DNA of 64,000 bases, from positions 158,672 to 222,671 of the forward strand of contig CAVQFF010000008.1 of the NCBI GenBank assembly GCA_963711785.1. Direction: 5' to 3'. Each line of letters opens with the position of its first letter. Positions within the stretch are counted from its first letter, which is position 1. The notes beneath the pieces were generated by a model. It was not told where the DNA came from, made no database searches, and saw only the letters and a program-made list of their open reading frames with translations. Positions 44,682-53,821 of this stretch are shown one piece after another. Origin of the DNA: an uncultured Thermoleophilia bacterium. Its GTDB lineage: Bacteria > Actinomycetota > Thermoleophilia > Gaiellales > Gaiellaceae. The translations under genes and the position numbers were made by a program.

Positions 44682-45902
44682 CTACGGGTATTGAGTCCAA
44701 GTGCCGGGTTTGATCCACAGGAAGGTGTGCCCGGGTTGCACAGCTTCGGTGACGGCGGAGACGAGCTCTCGACTGACGGTCTCGAGGTCAACCGCTTCCC
44801 GTAGCCGCTGGGTGAACGCCGCGACAACGGCTTCGGCGTCGTAGCGGGCGCGGTTGAAGCGCCGGTCGACGCGATGCTGCACCCGCCGTCGCAGCGGGTT
44901 GAACAGGCCCGCAGCAGCCAACGTCGATGCGGCGACCGCGACCGGTGAGGAGAACGGAAGCACATCGGTGGCGAGCACGACGACTCCGATGAACACGGCC
45001 GCCAGCAGGCCGGTGATGATCAGGTAGGAGATGGTGCGGCTGATCAGCCGGTCGATCTCGTACAGCCGGTACTTGAGGATCCCAACGCCGATTCCGATCG
45101 GCAGCGCGGCGATGCTGATGAAGCCGAGAAAGCCAACGACCCGCAGTGCCGCGACGTTGCTGTTGCTGATCGTTATGGCGAGCAAGAGACCGCCGATCGA
45201 GATCGCACCTCCGCTCAGCAACCACTTCAGCTGTTGGCGATGCTCCCCGGTCGAGCGCCTGTAGCTCGCAACTTGCCGACCGACGGAGGCCAGGCAAAAC
45301 GCGATGTAGCAGAACGCCGTCACGGCTTTGACCGCTACCGGAGTTGAGCTGCCGGCAGCCACCAGTTCGCCGTTGGAGTCGACCCGGATGTGCGCGGCAA
45401 CGATTCCGGTCGCGTCCTGCCAGGTTGAGCCGGCGACGAGGATCGCGCAGACCGCAAGGTACGCCCAGACGATCCAACGCCAACGTCGCGATAGGCGACC
45501 GTCGGGGAAGAGCGCGATCGGCAGAGGCAACAGCAAGAGCAGCCAGATCCACCAGGCCGCCAAAAAGACCCCGACTCGGGCAAGCGGCAGGCCATGCTCA
45601 CCGCGGCGGTAGAAGAGAACTGCGTAGCTGCCGCCGTCCGCCGAGAGGAGGAACGCGAGCGTCAGCCCGATCAAGATCCAGCCGATCGGATTACGCGGCG
45701 CACGACGCGCGACGACATAACCGACGATCCCGAAGGGAAGCACAACGATCCCCTGCGAGACGTCGTGGCTCATGATCGATAGCGGCACCCCCACCGCGAC
45801 CAAGAGCACTGCCGCGACACCCAGCAGCGACGCCGTCCGCGGCGACGGCGCCCGGAAACGACCAGTCGCAAGACCTGGATGCGGACTCTGGCTCGCGTTC
45901 AC
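44682..45902 (-). CDS. Polytopic membrane protein of unknown function (sensor-like module without an output domain)
   Basis: 406 aa with about 9 TM helices, then LKYRLYEIDRLISRT...NPLRRRVQHRVDRRFNRARYDAE. From memory, this module precedes kinase or cyclase domains in other actinobacterial proteins. Confidence 0.6.
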   Translation of the reverse strand: MNASQSPHPGLATGRFRAPSPRTASLLGVAAVLLVAVGVPLSIMSHDVSQGIVVLPFGIVGYVVARRAPRNPIGWILIGLTLAFLLSADGGSYAVLFYRRGEHGLPLARVGVFLAAWWIWLLLLLPLPIALFPDGRLSRRWRWIVWAYLAVCAILVAGSTWQDATGIVAAHIRVDSNGELVAAGSSTPVAVKAVTAFCYIAFCLASVGRQVASYRRSTGEHRQQLKWLLSGGAISIGGLLLAITISNSNVAALRVVGFLGFISIAALPIGIGVGILKYRLYEIDRLISRTISYLIITGLLAAVFIGVVVLATDVLPFSSPVAVAASTLAAAGLFNPLRRRVQHRVDRRFNRARYDAEAVVAAFTQRLREAVDLETVSRELVSAVTEAVQPGHTFLWIKPGTWTQYP

Positions 45903-46004
45903 AGCGATCCCCGGAATCTAGATCCAACCCGTCCGGAAACCGTTACGAGCCGAGGCCGGCAGCCAAACCCCGACAGCGACGAGACGGTCAGCGGCGCCTC
46001 GACT

Positions 46005-46032
46005 GGTGTCTGACACAGTGGTGTCAGACACC
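46005..46032. promoter_or_regulatory. Perfect 12-bp palindrome GGTGTCTGACAC-agtg-GTGTCAGACACC
   Basis: It lies 9 nt after the stop of the GlsB/SHOCT gene and about 100 nt upstream of gene 44682..45902. It has no U-tract and is AT-richer than its surroundings. It could be a terminator hairpin or an operator. Confidence 0.35.
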
Positions 46033-46040
46033 TCTTCGGC

Positions 46041-46514
46041 TCAGCGTTCGTCGAGCATTGTGCGCTTCGCCGCGAGCTCCTCGTCGGTCAACAGCCCGGC
46101 GCGATGCAGCTCCTGCAGCATCGCCTCGAGGCGCGCGCGCTCGAATTGGGCCGGGTCGGGGCGCAGTGCGTTCGGATCGATCCCGAGCTTCTGAAGACGC
46201 TCGCGCTGCTGGTCGACGCCGAGCCCGCGCTCGGGGAACGCGAGGGCGCCTGGCCCCCAGATCGGGCGCTTCTGCACGAATCGCCGGTACGAGGCGACGA
46301 GAGCAATCGCGATTCCGAACGAGAGGAACGAGATGAGATAACCGTTGTTGTGAGAGATCGCGTTTCCGATCGCCGCGCCGGCGATCGATCCGGTCAGCCC
46401 GATCGAGATGGTCAACCAGATCGGCATCGGGTCGGGCCCGGGGATTGCGAACCGCGCCAGCCCGCCCGTGATCAGTCCCGAGATCAGGACCGCGAGGACA
46501 AAACCGATGCTCAT
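46041..46514 (-). CDS. GlsB/YeaQ/YmgE-family membrane protein with a C-terminal SHOCT-like domain
   Basis: The N-terminus [48 protein letters not shown] matches the family. The C-terminus is [24 protein letters not shown]. It has a 4-nt overlap with uvrB. Confidence 0.75.
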   Translation of the reverse strand: MSIGFVLAVLISGLITGGLARFAIPGPDPMPIWLTISIGLTGSIAGAAIGNAISHNNGYLISFLSFGIAIALVASYRRFVQKRPIWGPGALAFPERGLGVDQQRERLQKLGIDPNALRPDPAQFERARLEAMLQELHRAGLLTDEELAAKRTMLDER

Positions 46515-48517
46515 ACAGGTGCTTCTTCGAACGCGAGCAGCTCGCGGCGAAGCGCCTTGATCTCGTCGCGCAGCTTCGCGGCGTACTCGAACCTCAGCTC
46601 CTCGGCGGCCTGGAACATTTCCTCCTCGAGCGTGATCGCCAGCTTCTCGAGCTCCTCGCGATTCATGCCCTCGGCCTTGTCGCCGCGCCGGCGGCGTGAG
46701 CTCGGCACGTGCGGTTGCTCGAGCGCCAGGAACTCCGCGATGTCGGAAACGCCCTTGATGATCGACAGCGGCTTCGTGCCGTGCTCCTCGTTGAAGGCGA
46801 GCTGGGTCGTGCGCCGGCGATTGGTCTCCTCGAGCGCGCCCTTGATCGCCTCCGTCTGCTTGTCGGCGTACATCAGCACGCGGCCCTCGAGGTGGCGGGC
46901 CGCCCGCCCGATCGTCTGGATCAACGCGGTCTTACCGCGCAGGAAGCCTTCCTTGTCTGCGTCGAGAATCGCGACCAGCGACACCTCCGGCAGGTCGAGC
47001 CCTTCGCGAAGGAGGTTGACGCCGACGAGCACGTCGTACTCGCCGAGGCGCAGCTCGCGAATGATCTGGATGCGCTCGAGCGTGTCGACCTCCGAGTGGA
47101 GATACCGCGTCTTGACGCCCGCCTCGAGCAGGTAGTCGGTGAGGTCCTCGGACATCTTCTTCGTCAGCGTCGTCACGAGAACGCGCTCGTTTCGCTCCTC
47201 CCGGTGACGGATCTCGTTCAGGAGGTCGTCGATCTGGTTGCGAGTCGGCCGCAGCTCGACCTCAGGATCGACGAGGTACGTCGGCCGGATCAACTGCTCG
47301 ACGATCTTCGTCGACTGGCGCAACTCCCAGGCGCCGGGCGTGGCCGAGACGAACACCGCCTGCGGCACCTTCGCCAGAAACTCGTCGAAGCGCAGGGGGC
47401 GATTGTCGAGCGCGCTCGGCAGCCGGAACCCGAAGTCCACGAGCGTCTGCTTGCGCGAGCGGTCGCCTTCGTACATGCCCCCCACCTGTGGGACCGTCTG
47501 GTGCGACTCGTCGACGAAGACGACGTAGTCGGACGGGAAGTAGTCGAGCAGCGTGTGCGGCGCCGACCCGGCAGGGCGCCCGTCGAGGATCCGCGAGTAG
47601 TTCTCGATCCCGTTGCAGAAACCGAGCTCGCGCATCATCTCGAGGTCGTACTCGGTGCGCTGCCGGATGCGGTGCGCCTCGAGCATCATTCCCTTTGCCT
47701 CGAAGTTCTTCACCTGCTCCTCGAGCTCGTGCCGGATCTCGACCGCCGCGCGCTCGATTGTGGGCGCGGATGTGACGTACTGCGTCGCCGGGAACACCGT
47801 GATGTGATCGAGCTTCGAGAGCACCTCACCGGTGAGCGGGTCGAAGTGCGAGACCTGCTCGACCTCGTCGCCGAAGAACGAAACGCGATACGCCGTTTCC
47901 GAATGCGCGGGCTGGATCTCGATGATGTCGCCCTTCACGCGAAAGCGGCCCCGCCCGAGGACCGTGTCGTTGCGGGCGTACTGAATGTCGATCAGCTTGC
48001 GCAGGACGAGATCTCGATCCGTCTCCTCCCCGGCGGTCAGGGAGACGATCTTCTTCTCGTACTCCTCCGGCGACCCGAGGCCGTAGATGCAGGAGACCGA
48101 CGCCACGATGATCGTGTCGCGCCGTGACAGGAGGTTCGACGTCGCTGCGTGCCGCAGGCGGTCGATGTCGTCGTTCCGAGAGCTGTCCTTCTCGATATAG
48201 AGGTCGGCCTGCGGAACGTAGGCCTCCGGCTGGTAGTAGTCGTAGTACGAGACGAAGTACTCGACGGCGTTGTCGGGGAAGAACTCGCGGAACTCGTTGC
48301 AGAGCTGCGCGGCAAGCGTCTTGTTGTGCGCGATCACCAGCGCCGGCCGTTGCACCTGCTCGATGATCCACGCCATCGTGGCGGTCTTCCCGGTGCCGGT
48401 CGCGCCCAGGAGCGTTTGATATTGCTCGCCCGCCCTGAGCCCGTTGGCGAGCGCTTCGATCGCCTGCGGCTGGTCGCCGGTCGGGACGTACGAGGTCGAT
48501 GTCTTGAGGGGCGGCAC
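46511..48517 (-). CDS. uvrB: Excinuclease ABC subunit UvrB
   Basis: [28 protein letters not shown] and the C-terminal UVR motif ([18 protein letters not shown]) match UvrB. The start is placed at GTG 48517 ([17 protein letters not shown]). The track start at 48622 would add an Arg/Pro-rich head that overlaps the divergent gene. Confidence 0.9.
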   Translation of the reverse strand: MPPLKTSTSYVPTGDQPQAIEALANGLRAGEQYQTLLGATGTGKTATMAWIIEQVQRPALVIAHNKTLAAQLCNEFREFFPDNAVEYFVSYYDYYQPEAYVPQADLYIEKDSSRNDDIDRLRHAATSNLLSRRDTIIVASVSCIYGLGSPEEYEKKIVSLTAGEETDRDLVLRKLIDIQYARNDTVLGRGRFRVKGDIIEIQPAHSETAYRVSFFGDEVEQVSHFDPLTGEVLSKLDHITVFPATQYVTSAPTIERAAVEIRHELEEQVKNFEAKGMMLEAHRIRQRTEYDLEMMRELGFCNGIENYSRILDGRPAGSAPHTLLDYFPSDYVVFVDESHQTVPQVGGMYEGDRSRKQTLVDFGFRLPSALDNRPLRFDEFLAKVPQAVFVSATPGAWELRQSTKIVEQLIRPTYLVDPEVELRPTRNQIDDLLNEIRHREERNERVLVTTLTKKMSEDLTDYLLEAGVKTRYLHSEVDTLERIQIIRELRLGEYDVLVGVNLLREGLDLPEVSLVAILDADKEGFLRGKTALIQTIGRAARHLEGRVLMYADKQTEAIKGALEETNRRRTTQLAFNEEHGTKPLSIIKGVSDIAEFLALEQPHVPSSRRRRGDKAEGMNREELEKLAITLEEEMFQAAEELRFEYAAKLRDEIKALRRELLAFEEAPV

Positions 48518-48588
48518 GAAGGGAACAGGGTATCGCCCAGGCGCACCCAGACGACCCTGCAGTCCTGAGCGACGGCTAACCTGCCGCG

Positions 48589-50469
48589 GTGCGCCGGCTG
48601 GGATTCGTGGTCGCGGCGGCACTCGTCGTCACCGCGCATGCACAGGCGGCGACGCTGACCGTCGTTCCGCAGAACTTCTCCCCGATCAGAGCGACGCTGC
48701 GTGTGTCCGCGCAGCTCTCGCTCGAACGGAAGGTAGGCGTTCGGCTCGTCAAGCTCAACGGAAAACCGGTCGGCTGGATCGTTCCGCCGGCGCGGCGGCG
48801 CACCCTCGCAATCGGCTGGGACGGGCGGATCCGAGGCAGACGCGTCGGGGACGGCAACTACAGGGTCCGGCTCGTCTACGGCTCGAGCGTGCTCGCCACC
48901 ACCGGCCTGCGGATCGATACCCGGCCGCCCCGGCTGTACGAGCTGCACACCGACAACGGCAGCACACCGTTTGCCGGCGACAACGCGCTTCTGACGACCA
49001 TCAGCCCGAACGGCGACGGGTTCCGAGAGCAGGCGAACATCTCGTTCCGGCTCCGGGAAGCAGCGACGGTGACAATGGACGTCACGCGCACCGTCAAGGC
49101 CCCGAGGTCCTTCTTCACGACGACCGAGAGGTTCGGCCGCGGGTGGCACACGCTCACCTGGGCGGCCGCATCGAACCTGAACCCGCGCACATACCTGATC
49201 CGGCTCACAGCCGTGGACGGCACCGGCAACCGCATCGTCTACGGAGCACCCAACGCATTCGTCGGACGCAGTCCTCGCGGCGTCGTCGTGCGCATCCAGG
49301 GCATCGACGCCGGGTTTGCGAAACCGAACTACCTGCCGGGCGACGTCGCACGCATCCACATCGCAACCGATGCGGCGGCGCTCACGGAGCGCGTGTTCCA
49401 GTCGGGGCCGGAGAAAGTGGTCACCTACGCGGACAACCAGTTCGCCGGCGTCGAGGTGGACGAGGGGCCGACGCTGATCGACTGGTCGGCGTGGCAAAAC
49501 GCACCGCACACGATCGCGTTCCGCGTTCCGGACCTGCCGAGCGGCCTCTACTACGTCGAGTTCACCGCTGCGGACGGCCGGGTCGGCTATGCGCCGTTCG
49601 TCGTGCGTCCGGTCATGCTGGGGCAGACGAGCCGTGTGCTCGTCATCCTGCCGACGAACACGTGGCAGGCCTACAACTTCCAGGACGTGAATGGCGACGG
49701 CTACGGCGATACGTGGTACGCCGGTCCGCCGAACCGCACCGTCGACCTCGGACGCACCTACATCGCGCGAGGGCCGCCGCCACGCTTCTACCGGTACGAC
49801 CTCCCGTTCCTGCACTGGCTGTACTGGTCCGGCAAACGAGCGGAGTTCATCTCCGACTCGGACTTCGACAACATCGCGACCGGCGATCAACTCGCGGCGA
49901 GCTACGACCTGATCGTGTTCGAAGGCCACGAGGAGTACGTGCGGCCACACGAGTACGACGTCGTGCAGCGCTTCCGCGACCTCGGCGGCAACCTGATGTT
50001 CCTCTCGGCGAACAACTTCTTCTGGAAGGTGCAGAAGTCGCAGAACAAGCTCGTCAAGATCGGCCGTTGGCGTGACGCAGGACGTCCGGAAGCTGCGCTG
50101 ATCGGCGTCGAGTACCGGGCGAACGACGACGGCCAGCGGCAAGGCCTCTACACCGTGCAAGACAGCGCAGCGACTCCGTGGCTCTGGGACGGAACGGGGC
50201 TGGCGGACGGCTCGACGCTCGGCCAGTTCGTCGGCGGCTACGGGATCGAGATCGACTCCATCGCGCCCGAGTCACCGCCGGGGACGGTGGTCGTCGCGCA
50301 GATTCCCGACCTGCTCGGCCCCGGGCTGACCGCCCAGATGAGCTACTACGAGACGCCGGCCGGCGCCAAGGTGTTCGCCGCAGGGACACTCGACTTCGGC
50401 GGCTCGGCCACCTTCTGGCCGGTGAAGCGCATGCTCGACAACCTCTGGGCGAGACTCAGCCAGCCGTGA
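48589..50469 (+). CDS. Secreted protein: N-terminal Ig-like (FlgD-type) repeats plus a C-terminal N,N-dimethylformamidase-beta-subunit-like domain
   Basis: 626 aa. The signal peptide is [29 protein letters not shown] and [16 protein letters not shown] are Ig-like repeats. [28 protein letters not shown] and [13 protein letters not shown] recall the DMFase large-subunit-like family, from memory. Confidence 0.55.
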   Translation: MRRLGFVVAAALVVTAHAQAATLTVVPQNFSPIRATLRVSAQLSLERKVGVRLVKLNGKPVGWIVPPARRRTLAIGWDGRIRGRRVGDGNYRVRLVYGSSVLATTGLRIDTRPPRLYELHTDNGSTPFAGDNALLTTISPNGDGFREQANISFRLREAATVTMDVTRTVKAPRSFFTTTERFGRGWHTLTWAAASNLNPRTYLIRLTAVDGTGNRIVYGAPNAFVGRSPRGVVVRIQGIDAGFAKPNYLPGDVARIHIATDAAALTERVFQSGPEKVVTYADNQFAGVEVDEGPTLIDWSAWQNAPHTIAFRVPDLPSGLYYVEFTAADGRVGYAPFVVRPVMLGQTSRVLVILPTNTWQAYNFQDVNGDGYGDTWYAGPPNRTVDLGRTYIARGPPPRFYRYDLPFLHWLYWSGKRAEFISDSDFDNIATGDQLAASYDLIVFEGHEEYVRPHEYDVVQRFRDLGGNLMFLSANNFFWKVQKSQNKLVKIGRWRDAGRPEAALIGVEYRANDDGQRQGLYTVQDSAATPWLWDGTGLADGSTLGQFVGGYGIEIDSIAPESPPGTVVVAQIPDLLGPGLTAQMSYYETPAGAKVFAAGTLDFGGSATFWPVKRMLDNLWARLSQP

Positions 50470-50470
50470 G

Positions 50471-50510
50471 ACTCATGAATCTGGTCCGGCTTCGCCGAAT
50501 CAGATTCAGG
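50471..50510 (+). repeat. Partial copy C of the intergenic repeat (third hairpin only)
   Basis: actcatGAATCTGGTCCGGCttcGCCGAATCAGATTCagg aligns to positions 86 onward of copy A. It carries a C:G to T:A compensatory pair change in the stem. It lies between two convergent stop codons (50469 and 50518). Confidence 0.7.
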
Positions 50511-50517
50511 CCGAAGG

Positions 50518-50889
50518 TCAGTCGCCCCAGTCGAAGTCGCGAGAGCGCGACCACAGGTTCTCGTCGGAAGGCTGATCCCCGTCCGGCGCGGTGGTTGCGG
50601 CCTCCTCGGTCACATCGAGAGCGGGTGACGATGTGGGCTCGTCGATGAAGGTGTCTTCGGTGGTCGGCCAGTCGAGCGACGTCTCCTCGGCCTCGATCCC
50701 GGGAACACCGTCCATCGTCTCCTCGATCCGCGCCTGCTCCTCCGTCTTGAAGAGCGGATGGTTCTCGAACGGATCGTCGGACATGTACTTCTCAAGCGGC
50801 ATCTCGTGCTCGAGCGCGGCATTACGCCGTTTCAACTCGAGATGGTCCTGAATCACTTGCGCGAACATCGACGGAGCGTCGACGGCCAT
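50518..50889 (-). CDS. Hypothetical acidic protein (123 aa)
   Basis: The start is taken at ATG 50889 with a strong SD (AGGAGGG): MAVDAPSMFAQVIQDHLELKRRNAALEHEMPLEKY, followed by an Asp/Glu/Thr-rich tail. Confidence 0.55.
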   Translation of the reverse strand: MAVDAPSMFAQVIQDHLELKRRNAALEHEMPLEKYMSDDPFENHPLFKTEEQARIEETMDGVPGIEAEETSLDWPTTEDTFIDEPTSSPALDVTEEAATTAPDGDQPSDENLWSRSRDFDWGD

Positions 50890-50932
50890 AAACCCTCCTG
50901 CTCTGACGCCATATTCTCTCCGACGCGGAAGT

Positions 50933-52669
50933 TTAGACGATCTTCGGCAGGCTCGATTCCGGCGAGACCGCGACCCGGTTCCTGCCGGCACGCTTGGCTT
51001 CGTACAGCGCCGAGTCGGCAGCGGCGAGCAACTCGCCGAGCTCGTGTGTCTCCGGGTAGGAGGCGACGCCGAAGCTCGCCGTCACCGAGACCAGTTCTCC
51101 GTTCGGCATCTCCACGTTGCGGGCCTCGATCGCCGCGCGCGCGCGTTCGGCGAGACGGGCGCCACCGATCGAGCCTGTGCCGGTGAGCACGAGGGCGAAC
51201 TCTTCGCCGCCCCAGCGGCCGGCAACATCGCTCTCGCGAACCGTCTCTCGCAGCGCGAACGCGAATGCCTTGAGGACTTCGTCTCCGGCGGCATGCCCGT
51301 GCTTGTCGTTCACGAGCTTGAAGAAATCGAGGTCGGCGAACACGACGCAAACCTCGGTGCCGAAGCGCGCGGCGCGGGCGAGCTCGGAACGAAGAGTCTC
51401 TTCGACGCTGCGCCGGTTTGCGAGGCCGGTGAGGCTGTCGACCAGCGCCTGCCGTTCGACGAGGCGATGCAGCCGCGCATTTTCGAGCGCGACGACGACC
51501 TGATTCGCGAGTGACGTCGCAGTCTCGACCTGCTCTGCCTCGAACGAGTTCGAGGCGAGAACGAGCTGTCCGAAGTCGGACGAGCCCGTGCGGAGCGGAA
51601 AGGAGATCCGCTCCGCTCCTGCATCCGGGTCGCCGGCCCGCGCGAGCTCGCCGTGCGGGCCCAGCACGACGCCGCCCGTGGCACCCGTCGACTCGACCGC
51701 CGATTCGACCACGACGCGCACGAGCTGACCCGGATCGTGGGTTGCCATCAGCGCCTCGCCGAACCGGATCGTCGCGTCGCGCATCCGTTCGCGCTCCGTC
51801 TGCAGCTCCTCGAGCCGCTGTTCGAGCTGGGCGGCCATCCGGTTGAACGCTGTGCCGAGCTCCGCGAACTCGTCGTGGCCCCTCACCTCGACGCGTTCGT
51901 TGAAGCGCCCCGCGGCGATCGCGTTGGCAGCCGCGACGAGCCGGCGGAGCGTGCTGACGATCGATCGCCCGAGCAGGTACGTGACGATTCCGAAGATCAA
52001 GAGCGATGCGAGCAACGCGGTGAACAAGCGCTCCTCGGACGAGCGCCCGGCAGCGTCGATCGCATGCTGCCGCTCGACCACCGCGAAGACGAGCCCCTTC
52101 GGCCGGGCAAGCGGCGCCGTCTGCAGGCCCCGGTACTCGGTGTCGCCGAGCCGGACGCGGGACGGATGGCCTGGCTGGAGCGGAAGCGTGCTCCCACTCC
52201 CGGCGCCCGCGATGATTCGTCCGAGCCGGGCAACGACAAGGCCGTACGACGGCGAGAGCCCCGCAGCGAGTGACCGTACGAGTTGCTGGTCGATCGGCAC
52301 ACGCACGGAGGCGGAGCCGATCACGCGCCCGTGGTCGACGACGGAGACGGCACCCGGGGCGCCAGTGCCGAACCCGAACACTGCCGTCGGGTGAGCAGCG
52401 GCGACCTTCGCCAGAGCGCGTTCGTCATGCCGGCGCAGAGCACGCTGCAGTGCGGGATCGGCCGCGAGTCGGCGGGCCTCGACCGTCGCCGCTGCGAGGC
52501 GCGCCGAGTAGCCGGCCACCACTCCGCGCAAGCCGGCCTGGAGCGCCGCATCCGTCCGCCCGGTCTCGCTGCGGCTCGTCAGCGAGTCATAGCCGTAGAA
52601 CGCCACCGCGAGCGGCAGCAGCGCCAACAGCGCGAACCACATCACTAGTTTGAGTTTGAAGCTTCCCAT
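50933..52669 (-). CDS. Membrane-bound diguanylate cyclase (periplasmic sensor, HAMP, GAF, GGDEF)
   Basis: 578 aa. The HAMP region is AAGRFNERVEVRGHDEFAELGTAFNRMAAQL. The GGDEF domain is DSLTGLANRR...FADLDFFKLVNDKHGHAAGDEVL...RESDVAGRWGGEEFALVL, with an RxxD I-site present. Confidence 0.9.
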   Translation of the reverse strand: MGSFKLKLVMWFALLALLPLAVAFYGYDSLTSRSETGRTDAALQAGLRGVVAGYSARLAAATVEARRLAADPALQRALRRHDERALAKVAAAHPTAVFGFGTGAPGAVSVVDHGRVIGSASVRVPIDQQLVRSLAAGLSPSYGLVVARLGRIIAGAGSGSTLPLQPGHPSRVRLGDTEYRGLQTAPLARPKGLVFAVVERQHAIDAAGRSSEERLFTALLASLLIFGIVTYLLGRSIVSTLRRLVAAANAIAAGRFNERVEVRGHDEFAELGTAFNRMAAQLEQRLEELQTERERMRDATIRFGEALMATHDPGQLVRVVVESAVESTGATGGVVLGPHGELARAGDPDAGAERISFPLRTGSSDFGQLVLASNSFEAEQVETATSLANQVVVALENARLHRLVERQALVDSLTGLANRRSVEETLRSELARAARFGTEVCVVFADLDFFKLVNDKHGHAAGDEVLKAFAFALRETVRESDVAGRWGGEEFALVLTGTGSIGGARLAERARAAIEARNVEMPNGELVSVTASFGVASYPETHELGELLAAADSALYEAKRAGRNRVAVSPESSLPKIV

Positions 52670-52743
52670 TCGTGCTCAAGTGATCGGCCGGAGGTGCCGA
52701 TACGCTTTTCTACTAGTCATTGTCGGCCAGAACGGGGGAAACC

Positions 52744-53619
52744 ATGAGGGGGGTTTGGGCGCAGACCGCGGCGGGAGCACTCGCATGTGCAGTCGTTGCC
52801 GGCCTCATGCTCCTTCCCGGGCATTTGCTGACTTCCGGCAACCAGGGCGCGCCCCTGCGGCTGGCGACTCCCGAAGCGCCCGCGGTCGTCCAGGTCGCGC
52901 CAGGACTCGTCCAGGCTGGGCATGGGCCCGTCACGCCTCCCCCGGCGGTCGCGCAACCCGCCACGACGGGCACCGCCGAGCTCGCGAGCGTGATCGTTCG
53001 CCGGGCCCTGCCGGTCTCCCACACCGTCATCCCCACTCAGGCCCCGGCGCCGGCCACGCCGGCGACGGCCTGCCGGCCGGCGAGACCTCACACCCGGCAG
53101 AGCCAGGCCCCACCCCGACGCCTGCACCCCAGCCGGCTGCCCGCTCCGGCGCCTGCTCCGGCTCCCACGCCGGCGCCCACACCCGCCCCGGCACCAGCTC
53201 CGGCCCCCACGCCTGCTCCCACCCCTGCGCCTACGCCCCCGCCCACGCCGGCGCCACCGCCGCCTGCGGCGCCGCCGGGCGACACGCCTGCGGCGGTGCC
53301 GTCGCTCGCCTCCACGTCGATCAAGGTCTTGATCAAGTCCTCGTCCGAGAAGTTCGTCGAGGCACTCCAGGAAGAGGCCGACGACCACGGCGACCATGGC
53401 GGCGGCTGCGGCAGTGGCGGCAACGGCGCCAGCAGCACCGGCAGCACCGGCCAGCGGCAGCACCGGGTCGACGACGACCACCACTACCACCACCAAGACC
53501 ACCACGACGCACGAGCACCACTCCAACTCCCACTCCAACCAGCACCGCCCACCAGCACCAGCAGCAGCAGCAGCAGCAGCAATTCGGGCGCCGCGCACGC
53601 CTCGAGCCACCGGAAGTAG
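52744..53619 (+). CDS. Low-complexity Pro/Ala/Thr-rich protein with a signal/anchor sequence; the reading frame in the 3' half is uncertain
   Basis: ATG 52744 gives MRGVWAQTAAGALACAVVAGLMLL. (PAPT)n-type repeats span about 53140-53280. GC3 then favours a different frame at about 53480-53550 (TTTTTTKTTTTHEHHSNSHSNQH), followed by a (CAG)7 run at about 53560-53583. Confidence 0.45.
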   Translation: MRGVWAQTAAGALACAVVAGLMLLPGHLLTSGNQGAPLRLATPEAPAVVQVAPGLVQAGHGPVTPPPAVAQPATTGTAELASVIVRRALPVSHTVIPTQAPAPATPATACRPARPHTRQSQAPPRRLHPSRLPAPAPAPAPTPAPTPAPAPAPAPTPAPTPAPTPPPTPAPPPPAAPPGDTPAAVPSLASTSIKVLIKSSSEKFVEALQEEADDHGDHGGGCGSGGNGASSTGSTGQRQHRVDDDHHYHHQDHHDARAPLQLPLQPAPPTSTSSSSSSSNSGAAHASSHRK

Positions 53620-53633
53620 CCGTTGTCGGCACA

Positions 53634-53821
53634 ATGGGGCCGATGCCTCCTGTGAAGATCACGCGCGGGGTCGGCCCGGTCACGGCAGCGCTCGCCGCGT
53701 ACGACATCTGGCGCCGCCTGCCACCGAAGCAGCGAAGTGGCTCACGCAACAGGCGCGCTACCACGGGCCGCGGATCGCCAAGCAGGCGCTCGACGCCCAG
53801 CGCAACCGCCGGCGAAGCTAG
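53634..53821 (+). CDS. Candidate small basic protein (about 62 aa) needing a 1-nt correction
   Basis: MGPMPPVKITRGVGPVTAALAAYDIWRRLPPKQR is in one frame. It continues as KWLTQQARYHGPRIAKQALDAQRNRRRS in the -1 frame from about 53733. Its TAG stop shares CTAG with the convergent sucA stop, as at two other gene pairs in the window. Confidence 0.3.

Noticed and set aside
48334-50160. 608-aa minus-strand and 543-aa + strand ORFs overlapping the secreted-protein gene
   Set aside because: Both are shadow ORFs with Arg/Pro bias. The frame of 48589..50469 has a signal peptide, balanced composition and conserved-looking motifs.
53088-53447. Minus-strand Gly/Ala-rich ORF (GAGVGAGAGAG...) opposite the PAPT repeats
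   Set aside because: It is the complement of the Pro/Ala/Thr repeat. The + strand has the signal peptide and better third-position bias.
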